The notes beneath the pieces were generated by a model. That model did not search any database, was not told where the DNA came from, and worked only from the letters and a program-made list of their open reading frames with translations. A DNA stretch of 64,000 nucleotides from a virus. A program made the position numbers and the translations under genes. The stretch is from the IMG/VR virus record IMGVR_UViG_3300042197_000370; one strand, 5' to 3'. This document shows, piece by piece, positions 54,410 through 64,000 of the stretch (positions are counted from its first letter, which is position 1; every line of letters starts with the position of its first letter).

Positions 54410-57400
54410 TTATAGTTCACCAGTGTTGAATATACGTACAGGGATGTAGATAAACTCAGCAGCCTTGACTGGTTCAAGCGCAACGTCAATCCACAATTCA
54501 TTACGATCTATTCTAGCAGGTGTGTTGTTTGAATCATCACATACTACTAGATAATCATAGATGCCTCGTTTTGCAACTAGATCCAAGAACAACGTATCAA
54601 CAACACCTGAAATTTCAGTTCTTGTTAATGCATCATTTGGTTCGAATACGAACGGTCTCGCCGCAATTGTCAACTGTCTACGTACATATGCTACAAGTCT
54701 TGCAACGTTAATTCTATCAAGTGCTGATAGACTATTGAAACTTGACTTGTTACCATAGTTCAACAATCCATTTCCTGTAAAAAATACAAGAGGATTGATG
54801 AAGTTTGTATACAATACATCACGTATACCTACTCTTGTGCGTGTTGTTACAAACTCGCCAGTAGCACTATCAACATAACCAATGTTAGTTGCATTATCAA
54901 TTAGACCACGGCGTGTGCCTGCTGGTGCTAACCAAGGATAAGCGATAGTGTCATTTCTCAGGAATGTTCTAATCATCATGTGTGATGGGGGAACTGCTAC
55001 TAGATTGCCATTAACTGGTTCTGGAGCAATACCACTTGGGTAGAACAATCCCATATAAGTGCTACGTGTTACGCAACCATCTTCACCTGTGCTTGTTGCA
55101 CCTGCAGCGTTAGTTGCCCATGCTTGAATTGCAGTAGCATTATCTGGGAGACGCATTGGTGTGTCACCGATAATGAATGCAGTGTCACCTCTATCAGCAT
55201 TCAATACAACCATGTTAGGTTGTAGTTCAGGATAGTTAGGTGTAGCCATCAAGTTGAAGAATTGATCCTCATCGCGGATATCTGTATTAGTATCAATTGC
55301 TACACGTAATGCTTGTACAACCATTGCTCTTTGAGCCTTGCGACCCATGAAAGGAGCACCGTTTGATTGCAAGCCACTTGCTGATACCCATGCATCTCTT
55401 TGTGTTGGAAGAGTTTCATCTGGGAATCTGTCATTGTTAAAGTAGTTTACGCTATACTGCTTAACATTGTAACCTGAACGTCTTGTATTGAACAACAAAA
55501 TACCTGTTGGGTATAGAGTTGGCTCAGGTGCATCTAAGTCTAAGTAATCGCTAGTTAATAAACTTACGATACTTGGAATTGGATCATCTGCTGGGTTAGT
55601 TGTGCCGTTTGGTGCCCAACGTGCATCAGCAAACAAGATACCACTTGAACCAATGTTATCAGTGTTATCAATTCTTACCCACTTGTCAGTGAGGTCTACA
55701 TTCTGCCAACGATAAATTAATGGATAATTTTCAAGGTCAGTTGTGTTGATCCAAAGATCACCATACGCAAGAGCAGTACCATCTGACTGAGTAGTTGGCT
55801 CACTTGCGCTTACAATTGGACCTGCTGGGTCAGTTGTATTTGGAATTGATGTTGATGGGAAACCATTAAAGTCATAACCAATGTTCTGATAACCATACCA
55901 GTCACCATTAAAGTTTACCATAATGTCTGCTTGGTTAACTACACTGTAGAACCAGTTAGTACCATTTGCAGGTGCTGCTACTGGAGCGCCTTCATTTGCT
56001 GTGTAGTCTAATGGGTACCAGTTACTTAACATTGTGGTGTATGGTATGCCAGCGCCTTGACCTGAAATGTATGACACTTCAAGTACTTGTCCACCTAAAC
56101 CAACTGCTGTTACAACTACTGTTAAGTTGTTGCCAGGAGTTGTACCTCCCATGTCTGCACCATTAAATGTTACTTCATCGCCTACTGCATAACCTGATCC
56201 GCCATTTGGAATGACAGTTGGGTTGACGCTATAAACTTGATGATCGTTAGTCACAGTAATCTGTAAACTTGTACCAACACCTGTTGTTGATGCTTGACTT
56301 GGTGTATAAGTGATCATAGACCATGGGCCGTATTTTACACCATATGGTGTGCTACCAGCAGTAAATCCTGCAGTGCTCATTAAACCACTTGAATTACCTT
56401 TGCTACCACCTGTTTGTATAATATCATTAATGATAATTACACCACCTTCAGTGTGACTAATTTGTAACGCACCTGAATCAGTTACGCTACATGTAGTGAA
56501 GGGCACACCTGCTGCTGACCATGCGGTAACGAAATCAGTAGCATCAGTGCTATCTGCTAAATTGAAAGTATATGTACTTGACAAAGCATTGCTGCCTGGT
56601 AATGATACTTGAATTAATGCAGTGTATGGGCCATTAGTGAAGTTAGGTGCAGTATTAGTACCTGTTACTACTGTTGGACCCTCTGCAATTCTTTCCCATA
56701 AGTAAACTGGGCCTTGATTATATTCACCATTAAAATTGTACTGTGCGTATATTGTGCCTGCAGGAATCGCTTCTCCGCCTGTTGCGTCTAATGATGCAAT
56801 AACTGCCCAATCACTCTGTGATAACGTAATTGTCTTTGGCAACCATGCTTTTGTTAAATCATTCCAAACAGACACTACTGGTAATAAACCACCGCCAGTG
56901 CTACCAACCTTAAACCAAACTGAACCAGTTGGTCTTGGGTAAGTTTGACTTGACTGCCATAATGGCTGCTGTGCTGAAGTACCATATGCGAATCCAGGCT
57001 GATAATATGTGCCTGCAGTTACGCCTAAGTCTGCTAACAATGTACCTGTACCACTGACTGTTAAGTAGTAAGGAATTGTTGGATCAATACCGCCGTCTCC
57101 TGCTGTCTGCTTACTGAAAAGATTCATTTTTCCTGATTGTACGGAAGCAGATAGATATGTCCAACCCAATGCGTTAATATCATTTACAAGAACTGACAAC
57201 ACGTTATTTGGTGAAGGCTGAACTGTAATAGTTGCATTGTTATCACCACTCATGTTGATAGTAATTGTATCACCAGGTGTTAATGTTGGGTTAGAATTAG
57301 TTGCTTGAACTGTTGGCCATGCACCTAACCATGAACCGCTTCCAACTGGAACCCAAGTATTGCTTGGTGTTTTATAGAAGAATTCAGTTGCCGTAACGTT

Positions 57401-57994
57401 TGATGGTCTTGCGGCGTCATTATACACTGTGTTAACAGCATAGTCACCGATCTGACCAAGTGATGCTACTGGAACACTACCTGCAATTAATGCTGAATCA
57501 CTAATTACGATAGGAGTTTGTACTACGAATTGACCTGTTGTTGCGTTGAATTCATAGATACCCCATGTAGATGTAGTAGTATCTAACCAATATGTTCCGT
57601 CTGTTGGATCACCTGTTGGGCGACCTGTAGAACCAACTAAACTTGCTAAGTCAATGTCTGCTCTCATTGTATATACAGTATTGGTTGCACCCAATGCTGA
57701 ATATGCGGCAAGCAAACCATACTCGTTCAATTCGTAGCCCTGAATAGGAGTACCATTTGAAGTTGTATAGAAGAAAGGATTACCATACAATGCAACCAAA
57801 TCACGCTGACTTGTAACTCTGTAGAGTTTATTAGCGTTAGCCGCAGTTGTACCTGGTGCTACTCTAGTGCTTGTAGGGTCTGCCTTATTCTGCGCTGTTG
57901 CTAACAGAATGAATGGAATTGAGTTTGTTGGCGCTGGAAGATATTGAGCTTGGTCAACGATTGTTACTTCTACGCCAGGAGATGCTAGTGCCAT
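54410..57994 (-). CDS. Contractile tail sheath protein (gp18-like) with large insertion domains
   Basis: LASPGVEV N-terminus; C-terminal PWLAPAGTRRG, DRINVARL, FEPND, KAAEFIYIP; TATAAATA at 58050-58057. Confidence 0.93.
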   Translation of the reverse strand: MALASPGVEVTIVDQAQYLPAPTNSIPFILLATAQNKADPTSTRVAPGTTAANANKLYRVTSQRDLVALYGNPFFYTTSNGTPIQGYELNEYGLLAAYSALGATNTVYTMRADIDLASLVGSTGRPTGDPTDGTYWLDTTTSTWGIYEFNATTGQFVVQTPIVISDSALIAGSVPVASLGQIGDYAVNTVYNDAARPSNVTATEFFYKTPSNTWVPVGSGSWLGAWPTVQATNSNPTLTPGDTITINMSGDNNATITVQPSPNNVLSVLVNDINALGWTYLSASVQSGKMNLFSKQTAGDGGIDPTIPYYLTVSGTGTLLADLGVTAGTYYQPGFAYGTSAQQPLWQSSQTYPRPTGSVWFKVGSTGGGLLPVVSVWNDLTKAWLPKTITLSQSDWAVIASLDATGGEAIPAGTIYAQYNFNGEYNQGPVYLWERIAEGPTVVTGTNTAPNFTNGPYTALIQVSLPGSNALSSTYTFNLADSTDATDFVTAWSAAGVPFTTCSVTDSGALQISHTEGGVIIINDIIQTGGSKGNSSGLMSTAGFTAGSTPYGVKYGPWSMITYTPSQASTTGVGTSLQITVTNDHQVYSVNPTVIPNGGSGYAVGDEVTFNGADMGGTTPGNNLTVVVTAVGLGGQVLEVSYISGQGAGIPYTTMLSNWYPLDYTANEGAPVAAPANGTNWFYSVVNQADIMVNFNGDWYGYQNIGYDFNGFPSTSIPNTTDPAGPIVSASEPTTQSDGTALAYGDLWINTTDLENYPLIYRWQNVDLTDKWVRIDNTDNIGSSGILFADARWAPNGTTNPADDPIPSIVSLLTSDYLDLDAPEPTLYPTGILLFNTRRSGYNVKQYSVNYFNNDRFPDETLPTQRDAWVSASGLQSNGAPFMGRKAQRAMVVQALRVAIDTNTDIRDEDQFFNLMATPNYPELQPNMVVLNADRGDTAFIIGDTPMRLPDNATAIQAWATNAAGATSTGEDGCVTRSTYMGLFYPSGIAPEPVNGNLVAVPPSHMMIRTFLRNDTIAYPWLAPAGTRRGLIDNATNIGYVDSATGEFVTTRTRVGIRDVLYTNFINPLVFFTGNGLLNYGNKSSFNSLSALDRINVARLVAYVRRQLTIAARPFVFEPNDALTRTEISGVVDTLFLDLVAKRGIYDYLVVCDDSNNTPARIDRNELWIDVALEPVKAAEFIYIPVRIFNTGEL

Positions 57995-58110
57995 GTTATG
58001 TTTCCTTTATTGTAAAATTATGAGGTTTACCACCTGTGTTACATATTATTATTTATAAAAATAACCAAAAAACTATGGATTACCATGCCTTCGAAGGTTA
58101 TAAATACTTC

Positions 58111-58464
58111 ATGTCTATTAAAAGACCTATATGCAAATCTTGTAATAAAAATCCATGTGCAATTAACTACGTCCGTGTAGGAATCACACATTATAGAAGT
58201 ATCTGCGACCAATGCGGAAGGAAGAAAACAAAACAAAAGCCCCGCATCTTCAACTGGGAAAAGGCGGGGTATAAGAAAAAACCCACATGTGATATATGTG
58301 GGTTTAAAAGTCTATATCCAACTCAGATGACAGTTTTCCATATAGACGGAAATCTGAAAAACGTTGAATATAGTAATCTACGTAGTATCTGTTTGAACTG
58401 CGTAGAGGTAGTGAAAAAGAGAGAAGTTACTTGGAAACGCGGGGATTTACAGGTTGATTATTGA
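58111..58464 (+). CDS. Zn-finger / HNH-like protein
   Basis: Start moved to MSIKRPIC (58111, after TATAAATA 58099-58106). Several CxxC pairs; HIDGNLKNVEYSNLRSICLNC. Confidence 0.7.
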   Translation: MSIKRPICKSCNKNPCAINYVRVGITHYRSICDQCGRKKTKQKPRIFNWEKAGYKKKPTCDICGFKSLYPTQMTVFHIDGNLKNVEYSNLRSICLNCVEVVKKREVTWKRGDLQVDY

Positions 58465-59079
58465 ATCAATCTTCCTGTGCAAATCATCAATAGTTCCGTT
58501 ATTATCAATATAATGGTCGTACTCTAATCCTACGCTACTATATTCACTAGCATGTACACTGTGCTGTTCTAAAGTTTCCATTGCACTTTTATAGCCGGGG
58601 CTGTAATATCCTTTAGAAAATTCTATGGCAGCATCGTACCATATAGGATTGCTACCCCTCAAAACTCTAATAGTGATTCCACCAGATCGTTTAATAGACT
58701 TCAATTCGTTAGGAAATCTACAGTCACTAATGACCACGTTGTTTCGTATTCCGCGCAACTGATGTTCTACACTAGCAATCCATATATCGTCATGGAACGC
58801 TCTACGACCTACTTCGGTACCCCATTGTTGCAACACCCATCGTGGTGTAAGATGTTTAATTCCCAATCGTTCTGACCACCAAGGGTCAACTTGATCGCGC
58901 CACTCTCGGCTATACCTAGAATTACCTTCTAATAATTCACGATCCCAATTAAAGATTGACGCAACTGCATCTTTGAGCGGTCCTGCATAACTCATTTTTT
59001 GGAACCCTTTGAATCTAATAAGATAGTCAGCAACCGTGTCCTTACCACTACCGATAAATCCTGAAATTCCTATGATCAT
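58447..59079 (-). CDS. Deoxynucleoside monophosphate kinase (T4 gp1-like)
   Basis: GFIGSGKDTVA, PRWVLQQWGTE, ISDCRFPNE, HASE. Confidence 0.88.
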   Translation of the reverse strand: MIIGISGFIGSGKDTVADYLIRFKGFQKMSYAGPLKDAVASIFNWDRELLEGNSRYSREWRDQVDPWWSERLGIKHLTPRWVLQQWGTEVGRRAFHDDIWIASVEHQLRGIRNNVVISDCRFPNELKSIKRSGGITIRVLRGSNPIWYDAAIEFSKGYYSPGYKSAMETLEQHSVHASEYSSVGLEYDHYIDNNGTIDDLHRKIDSIINL

Positions 59080-59101
59080 AATGTCTCCAGTTAATATTAC
59101 T

Positions 59102-59130
59102 ATTATACTGGAATTTTAAAATAAAAGCAA
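59102..59130 (-). promoter_or_regulatory. Sigma70-like promoter for dNMP kinase
   Basis: TTGCTT-17 nt-TATAAT. Confidence 0.65.
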
Positions 59131-59138
59131 GAAGTATT

Positions 59139-59924
59139 TTACCCTTGTACCCAAGTCAATGGTTGACTGTAATCTACATAACGTTTTAATTCGTCAATGA
59201 GTCTTTCCATATCTGCTTTAGATTCTGCTTTCATAGCGGCGCCGTTCAAACTTGTGCCGCCACTTGGACCCGCAATCGTTGCAAACTTTTCACGTGCTTC
59301 ACCAATAATACCTTTTAACACTGCAAATGTGTAATCGCCAATCCAAACACCTGCACCCGGATCTTGTAATAATTGCTCAACTGGTCTTTGAACGTCTGCC
59401 CAAATAAGAATGCGCTCACCACTTCCTTTGAAGTCACGCACAACTTTTAATACTTTTGTAACAGGGTTAAACGTATAAATCAAATATCCACCGAACATAC
59501 GTGCAGCCAATTCAACATAACCTGCATAGAAGTCATATGTTGCCATGCCACCTGTATAGTTATAGTTTAGCAAGTATGTGTTAAGAATAGCACTACTGAA
59601 TGGATCAAAACTAGTTGAACTTGGACCAGTTTCAAGACCTACTGTTCTACGAAATACACTACGGACATTGATAAACTCACTGGGTAATGTATAAGTGTCG
59701 ATATTCTTTTCAACGGTCATTAATGTGTAGGACTCTACCGTAGCATTTTGCGCACGTTGTCTATACACACGAATAGCATAATTAAATGCGGCTTCGTAAT
59801 GTTCCGGATCTAATTCAATGTCAATAATACCGTCACCTAGACGATATTTTAAATTGTCAAACAATCCTTGTTTGAGTTCAGTTAACGTTAAATTAGTGGG
59901 TGTTGATAAGATATCTGTTGGCAT
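59139..59924 (-). CDS. Neck protein (gp13-like)
   Basis: RLG...IDIELDPEHY, IIGEAREKF, SLNG; ATAAATA at 59946-59952. Confidence 0.75.
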   Translation of the reverse strand: MPTDILSTPTNLTLTELKQGLFDNLKYRLGDGIIDIELDPEHYEAAFNYAIRVYRQRAQNATVESYTLMTVEKNIDTYTLPSEFINVRSVFRRTVGLETGPSSTSFDPFSSAILNTYLLNYNYTGGMATYDFYAGYVELAARMFGGYLIYTFNPVTKVLKVVRDFKGSGERILIWADVQRPVEQLLQDPGAGVWIGDYTFAVLKGIIGEAREKFATIAGPSGGTSLNGAAMKAESKADMERLIDELKRYVDYSQPLTWVQG

Positions 59925-59951
59925 AATATTTCCCGATATTATGCTTATTTA

Positions 59952-60401
59952 TCAGAGGTCTCCGGCTTTACGATTCTCACTATAGAATGCATCAAACTCT
60001 CCGCCCGGATATCGTGATTTAAGTTTGTTAACATTTTCAGCAATAACATCGTTTGGGTCTAACTGCAATGCACGACAAGCATTGATCCAGTACCACATAA
60101 TGTCGCCTAATTCACGTTTCATGTGGAATACGTTTTCTTCATTGAGTGGCTTGCCCTGAAAGAAAATCTTTTTAATGATTTCTTGGAACTCGCCACCCTC
60201 ACTACCCAATCCCAATCCAGCAGTTAGTAACAATGGCACATTGATGTTAGGACCATGCATGTACTCACCGTCGCTTCCATATGCCTCGTAATTTCCATCT
60301 AATCTGTCTAGTCTATTCATAAAACTAGTAAGGTCATTACTTTCCTTACTAGTGACGGCTTCTACGAATTCCTGATACTTGTGTAAATCTATCTGTTTCA
60401 T
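59952..60401 (-). CDS. mazG: MazG-like NTP pyrophosphohydrolase
   Basis: GLGSEGGEFQEIIKK, RELGDIMWY, ENVNKLKSRYP. Confidence 0.88.
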   Translation of the reverse strand: MKQIDLHKYQEFVEAVTSKESNDLTSFMNRLDRLDGNYEAYGSDGEYMHGPNINVPLLLTAGLGLGSEGGEFQEIIKKIFFQGKPLNEENVFHMKRELGDIMWYWINACRALQLDPNDVIAENVNKLKSRYPGGEFDAFYSENRKAGDL

Positions 60402-61153
60402 TGTGTCTCCATTATGTAATTGTAAAGTTCTTCAGCATAAAGTCTATGCGGTTCAACACCATGATGACCGTATATAGCCTTAGGATTTCTGTATGAGTTG
60501 TATTCAGAATCCTTATACTTTGTGTAAAAAGATTCTTTATTATTAAATACCTTATAATAATGTTTCTTATCTATAATATTAAAATAAGATTTCAAATATT
60601 TTTCGTTAGATTCTGAAAACATGTGCATTGTGTTTATCATTAGGTATTTCACACCCAAATGTTTTAAGAAAAATTGCATTTGTAATACAAGATTAACACT
60701 GTACAATTCAAAAAATTCTGTTCTCTTAATTATAAAGGATTGATAATCCTCTTGTATATCTTTTTCTCGCTCAGTGTAACCCTTAAATGAAAGATTAATG
60801 TGCAGAAAATTAGACATAGATGGTGATATCCAATCTGCAAATTTTCCAACAACCTTATTATACCACGTGGGGTATTGAAATGGTGCATCTACTCTAGTAG
60901 ATTCAGTCCATCCTATCAGTACAAACACTTCTTTATCTGTTATGTCATGATTTTGAAACCAATCGAGGACACTCCGAGCGATTGCGCCATTTGTGCTTCC
61001 ACCAATTGCTAAGTTGATAGGTCTATATCCTAACTTTTTTGCTAAGACATTTCCATAACTTAAACTACGATTCATCGCACTATCTAATTCACCATCAATT
61101 TCACTGCCGGCTGTATGACTACAGCCAGCAATTATCATTATTTTTTCTGACAT
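60398..61153 (-). CDS. SGNH/GDSL hydrolase-like protein
   Basis: AGCSHTAG, NLAIGGSTN, GWT, YGHHGVEPH. Confidence 0.55.
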   Translation of the reverse strand: MSEKIMIIAGCSHTAGSEIDGELDSAMNRSLSYGNVLAKKLGYRPINLAIGGSTNGAIARSVLDWFQNHDITDKEVFVLIGWTESTRVDAPFQYPTWYNKVVGKFADWISPSMSNFLHINLSFKGYTEREKDIQEDYQSFIIKRTEFFELYSVNLVLQMQFFLKHLGVKYLMINTMHMFSESNEKYLKSYFNIIDKKHYYKVFNNKESFYTKYKDSEYNSYRNPKAIYGHHGVEPHRLYAEELYNYIMETQ

Positions 61154-61362
61154 TAAAACGCCTTAAGAATAATCAGAATCCGTCATTTATATTTCACTCC
61201 TAATGTGTCACATATCGCCATATATAGTATGAGACATGTGCCAAAAACAATATATGTTACTAAAGCAGGTAATACCCATATAGGCCAAGTGACCACAATA
61301 ATACCTGCTAAGATTTTCTTTTTAGTATTATAATTCATTAGAATGCCTTTAAAATAATCATA
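61151..61362. repeat. Imperfect 27-bp direct repeat flanking the small membrane gene
   Basis: 61151-61177 vs 61336-61362, 22/27 identical; both read xIILKAF-stop overlapped with ATG. Confidence 0.7.
61183..61338 (-). CDS. 51-aa membrane protein (absent from ORF track)
   Basis: MNYNTKKKILAGIIVVTWPIWVLPALVTYIVFGTCLILYMAICDTLGVKYK; TAATG-coupled. Confidence 0.65.
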   Translation of the reverse strand: MNYNTKKKILAGIIVVTWPIWVLPALVTYIVFGTCLILYMAICDTLGVKYK

Positions 61363-62531
61363 CCTGCATTGAACCTACCATTAGGTGTAGTGCTTACAGC
61401 CTTGATATCCTTGAAGTACTTACGTGCCACAGGCTTACTTCCCATCAATTGCTTGATTTGTTCATTGGGCTTGCGTAGAGTTTTAACTTCACTTTGCTTT
61501 TGATCAAAGCCAAGCAATGTGTTACCCTTGACACCGAAAGACTTAGCGTATTCATCGGCAATGTAGTGATGCATCTTACGTTTGGCAGTATCATAAACCC
61601 ATGCTTCACTAGCACCATATAACTTAGTTGCAGGAAGTCCAACAAGATCCAACTTAGTTGCTTCATCCTTAAATACTTTGAGATACTTAAGTTTGCTAAC
61701 CTGCTTCTCTACACTAACAGGCTTCTTAGCACGTGGAGTTTTTGCAGACTTCTTGACACTTACGTAACCATTTAAGTCAGCAATGACCTTATCAATAAAC
61801 AACAGAATATTTTTGACTTGTGTTTTACTGAAACGTGCATATGCTTCGTTCAATTGTGCATCTTTACCTTTTTGCAATTCAAGGTATTCTTCTTGTCGTT
61901 TCTTCCAAGGCTCAATTAAAATATTGATATGCTGTGGTAAAACACTTTTCTTACTGAGTTCTTCCATAACACGGACGTTGAATTCTTTCTTTGCACCATC
62001 AAGGATATAGTCATCATAGATGCCTTCTAGTTCACCGCCTGCCTCACGTGCCCGATCTTTCATAATCTCTTGCACATTGGGTCGATTACTAACAACTGCT
62101 TCTTTCTTTGAGCCAGTCATACTATTTTTTGGATATAGTTCATTGGCTTTATTAATAAGACGTTGTGCCTCAGATAAAATCTGACTTTGCTCTTTTTCAT
62201 TAAGAATAAGACCCCGCAATGCCATACGTGCTACCCAACCATATGACATAACATATTCACTATCTGGAATCTTACCAATCTTTTTAACTAGATCACTTTT
62301 ACCCGATTGTTCCAAATAGTTAATCATAAACTCTTTGGCTTCTTTCTTACCATAGAATCGATTATACCAAGTCAATCCTGCCATTAATGCAATCTTGTGA
62401 TTTTCGGGCTGTTCTAGGAATTTGGGTTCAAATCCAAAATACTTAGTATCTGGATCCCTAGGATTCAAGTCTTTGGGCATAACAAAAGTTGGCTCAGTAG
62501 CAACAGTTTGGGCTTTCTTTACACGGGGCAT
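61338..62531 (-). CDS. Hypothetical protein
   Basis: Start moved to MPRVKK (62531, GGAG RBS); basic and helical. Confidence 0.75.
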   Translation of the reverse strand: MPRVKKAQTVATEPTFVMPKDLNPRDPDTKYFGFEPKFLEQPENHKIALMAGLTWYNRFYGKKEAKEFMINYLEQSGKSDLVKKIGKIPDSEYVMSYGWVARMALRGLILNEKEQSQILSEAQRLINKANELYPKNSMTGSKKEAVVSNRPNVQEIMKDRAREAGGELEGIYDDYILDGAKKEFNVRVMEELSKKSVLPQHINILIEPWKKRQEEYLELQKGKDAQLNEAYARFSKTQVKNILLFIDKVIADLNGYVSVKKSAKTPRAKKPVSVEKQVSKLKYLKVFKDEATKLDLVGLPATKLYGASEAWVYDTAKRKMHHYIADEYAKSFGVKGNTLLGFDQKQSEVKTLRKPNEQIKQLMGSKPVARKYFKDIKAVSTTPNGRFNAGMIILKAF

Positions 62532-62561
62532 GGAATTCTCCAATAATCAATCATATTCAGT

Positions 62562-62590
62562 ATTATATAGTGTTTGGGCTTAAAAGTCAA
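62562..62590 (-). promoter_or_regulatory. Sigma70-like promoter
   Basis: TTGACT-17 nt-TATAAT. Confidence 0.75.
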
Positions 62591-63276
62591 TAGATATGGG
62601 CAAGAATTTTAGAGTACCAAATTTGGTGTAATAAGCGCCCATTACTCGGTATTACTACATCATAGTTCATTTGGAAAAAATTTTGGGCATATTCAAATCC
62701 ATTAGGGGTTATGAATTTTTCGGTATCAAATTGGATAACTTTACGCAAGTTTTCATGCCTGTGTTTATAGCAGTTAAATCCTTTACTAGAAATAATAACA
62801 TCGGGGTCATAAAAGGTTTTGTATTTTGACATTGGAATATCAGCAGAGTTACCATTGTCTATTGATTCCCCGTACCTATAAGGATAAAATCTTTTATAAG
62901 CGATTGAATTTTCATCGGGAAAGGTGAAAACAACTATGTCCCTAAAACTCCAATTAGTGAATATGTCATATGGTGAATCAAATTGAATGAAATTATAGTA
63001 TTCTATTACATGTGAGCAGATAATTGGTATGCCGGGTTGGCTTTTGAGTTCCTCTAGAGAATTTGGATAAACAAAAGTCCTTAAATTTTCTAATGAACCA
63101 ACATGATGATTGAACGTTGCATAAGCATACTTTTCAAGTAAACCTTTCATATAATCATCTGCTTGTATTCTTTTTTGAAATCGATTATCTAACGATAACA
63201 AGTTAGCCAAATGGTTTCCTCCGCATCCCGGGGGAAATAAAAGGATCAATATACTATCAGAGTTATTCGGAATCAT
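62587..63276 (-). CDS. Hypothetical protein with P-loop / sulfotransferase-like N-terminus
   Basis: ILLFPPGCGGNHLANLL followed by a later CSH motif. Confidence 0.45.
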   Translation of the reverse strand: MIPNNSDSILILLFPPGCGGNHLANLLSLDNRFQKRIQADDYMKGLLEKYAYATFNHHVGSLENLRTFVYPNSLEELKSQPGIPIICSHVIEYYNFIQFDSPYDIFTNWSFRDIVVFTFPDENSIAYKRFYPYRYGESIDNGNSADIPMSKYKTFYDPDVIISSKGFNCYKHRHENLRKVIQFDTEKFITPNGFEYAQNFFQMNYDVVIPSNGRLLHQIWYSKILAHIY

Positions 63277-63281
63277 AGATA

Positions 63282-63296
63282 TATTTACGATAAATA
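63282..63296. promoter_or_regulatory. Abutting divergent late promoter motifs
   Basis: GTAAATA on minus (63282-63288, 5 nt to ATG 63276) and ATAAATA on plus (63290-63296, 5 nt to ATG 63302). Confidence 0.65.
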
Positions 63297-63301
63297 CATG
63301 T

Positions 63302-64000
63302 ATGCCAAGATTATCCCTATACCGCCCAAATAAGACGAATGACTACAATTATCTAGACAAAACAGTGTCAGAAATGCTTACGGCTGGCGGCACGGATTTG
63401 TATATTCACAAGTATCTAGGACCTAATGCAAAGACTCCTAGTGTGGATTACACTCAACCTCAATATGATAAACTTGAGCCTACAAATATACAGGATTTGC
63501 TATTTTTAGAAAATAGAGATAGAGTATATGACCCAAACATATATCGTTTACGTGGGCATTACAATGTACAAAATTTAGACTTTGATTTAAGTCAGTTTGG
63601 ACTTTTCCTACAAAATGACATTATATTCATCACTGTTCATTACAACGATATGATTGATATCGTAGGACGTAAATTAATGGTAGGTGATGTTATTGAACTA
63701 CCTCACTTGCTAGATTACAATCCACTAAAGGAAACAATACCTGTTGCATTGAAACGTTTTATGCAGGTTACAGATGCGAACTATGCAAGTGAAGGTTTCA
63801 GTCAAACATGGTTCCCACATCTATGGCGTATCAAATGCGAACCATTAGTAGACAGTCAAGAATTTAGTCAAATACTTACTGAGCCAATCAATAAAGATAA
63901 TTATCTTGGTATATGGGATAAAGATAAAACATATCCCCCGGGTTATGTTATTTCGTTTGGTGATAAAAACTACGAATCAATAAAAGAAGTTCCTGCAGGA
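63302..64000 (+). CDS. Neck / head-closure protein (gp14-like), runs off the window edge (absent from ORF track)
   Basis: MPRLSLYRPNKTNDY..., QDLLFLENRDR, DLSQFGLFL, GDVIELPHL; open to 64000. Confidence 0.75.
   Translation, partial: MPRLSLYRPNKTNDYNYLDKTVSEMLTAGGTDLYIHKYLGPNAKTPSVDYTQPQYDKLEPTNIQDLLFLENRDRVYDPNIYRLRGHYNVQNLDFDLSQFGLFLQNDIIFITVHYNDMIDIVGRKLMVGDVIELPHLLDYNPLKETIPVALKRFMQVTDANYASEGFSQTWFPHLWRIKCEPLVDSQEFSQILTEPINKDNYLGIWDKDKTYPPGYVISFGDKNYESIKEVPAG

Noticed and set aside
58036-58464. HNH gene as a mobile homing endonuclease or intron
   Set aside because: It is free-standing, short, has its own late motif and interrupts no gene; no intron structure seen
1-64000. Stop-codon recoding, inteins, DGR or reverse transcriptase, integrase, tRNA genes
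   Set aside because: Core genes are full length in the standard code at normal sizes, and none of the diagnostic motifs were seen

Overview
This 64 kb window is a gene-dense, AT-rich segment of a large T4-superfamily contractile-tailed dsDNA phage. Almost all genes lie on the minus strand, in the standard genetic code, and I saw no tRNA, CRISPR array, intron or intein. The host is inferred to be Gram-negative, plausibly a proteobacterium, from an outer-membrane beta-barrel, a TctC/Bug-type binding protein and a ClpA. Core genes: family B DNA polymerase, sliding clamp, clamp loader, dNMP kinase, MazG, PhoH, neck proteins, gp4-like head completion nuclease, tail sheath and tube, baseplate and fibre proteins, GH19 endolysin and a probable holin. 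Most notable accessory features: (1) a compact divergent locus (7594-12796) that couples a TctB-less tripartite tricarboxylate transporter (TctA + TctC) and an outer-membrane barrel to a 2OG-Fe(II) oxygenase, a sulfotransferase-like P-loop protein and a SAM methyltransferase, with a phage late-promoter motif upstream; (2) about nine proteins with N-termini resembling the T4 capsid-targeting sequence, several built as polyprotein-like chains of modules separated by [ILMV]-x-E protease-type sites and carrying HExxH, ParB/Srx, kinase and Alt-like domains; (3) a GC-rich candidate structured RNA at 16404-16486; (4) heme oxygenase next to Dps; (5) a ClpA/DnaJ/GroES/YccA proteostasis set; (6) a Pol III alpha fragment that stops just before its catalytic aspartates; (7) repeated promoter-N5-ATG geometry suggesting leaderless mRNAs. 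All functional calls come from motif recognition by eye; no database search was run.
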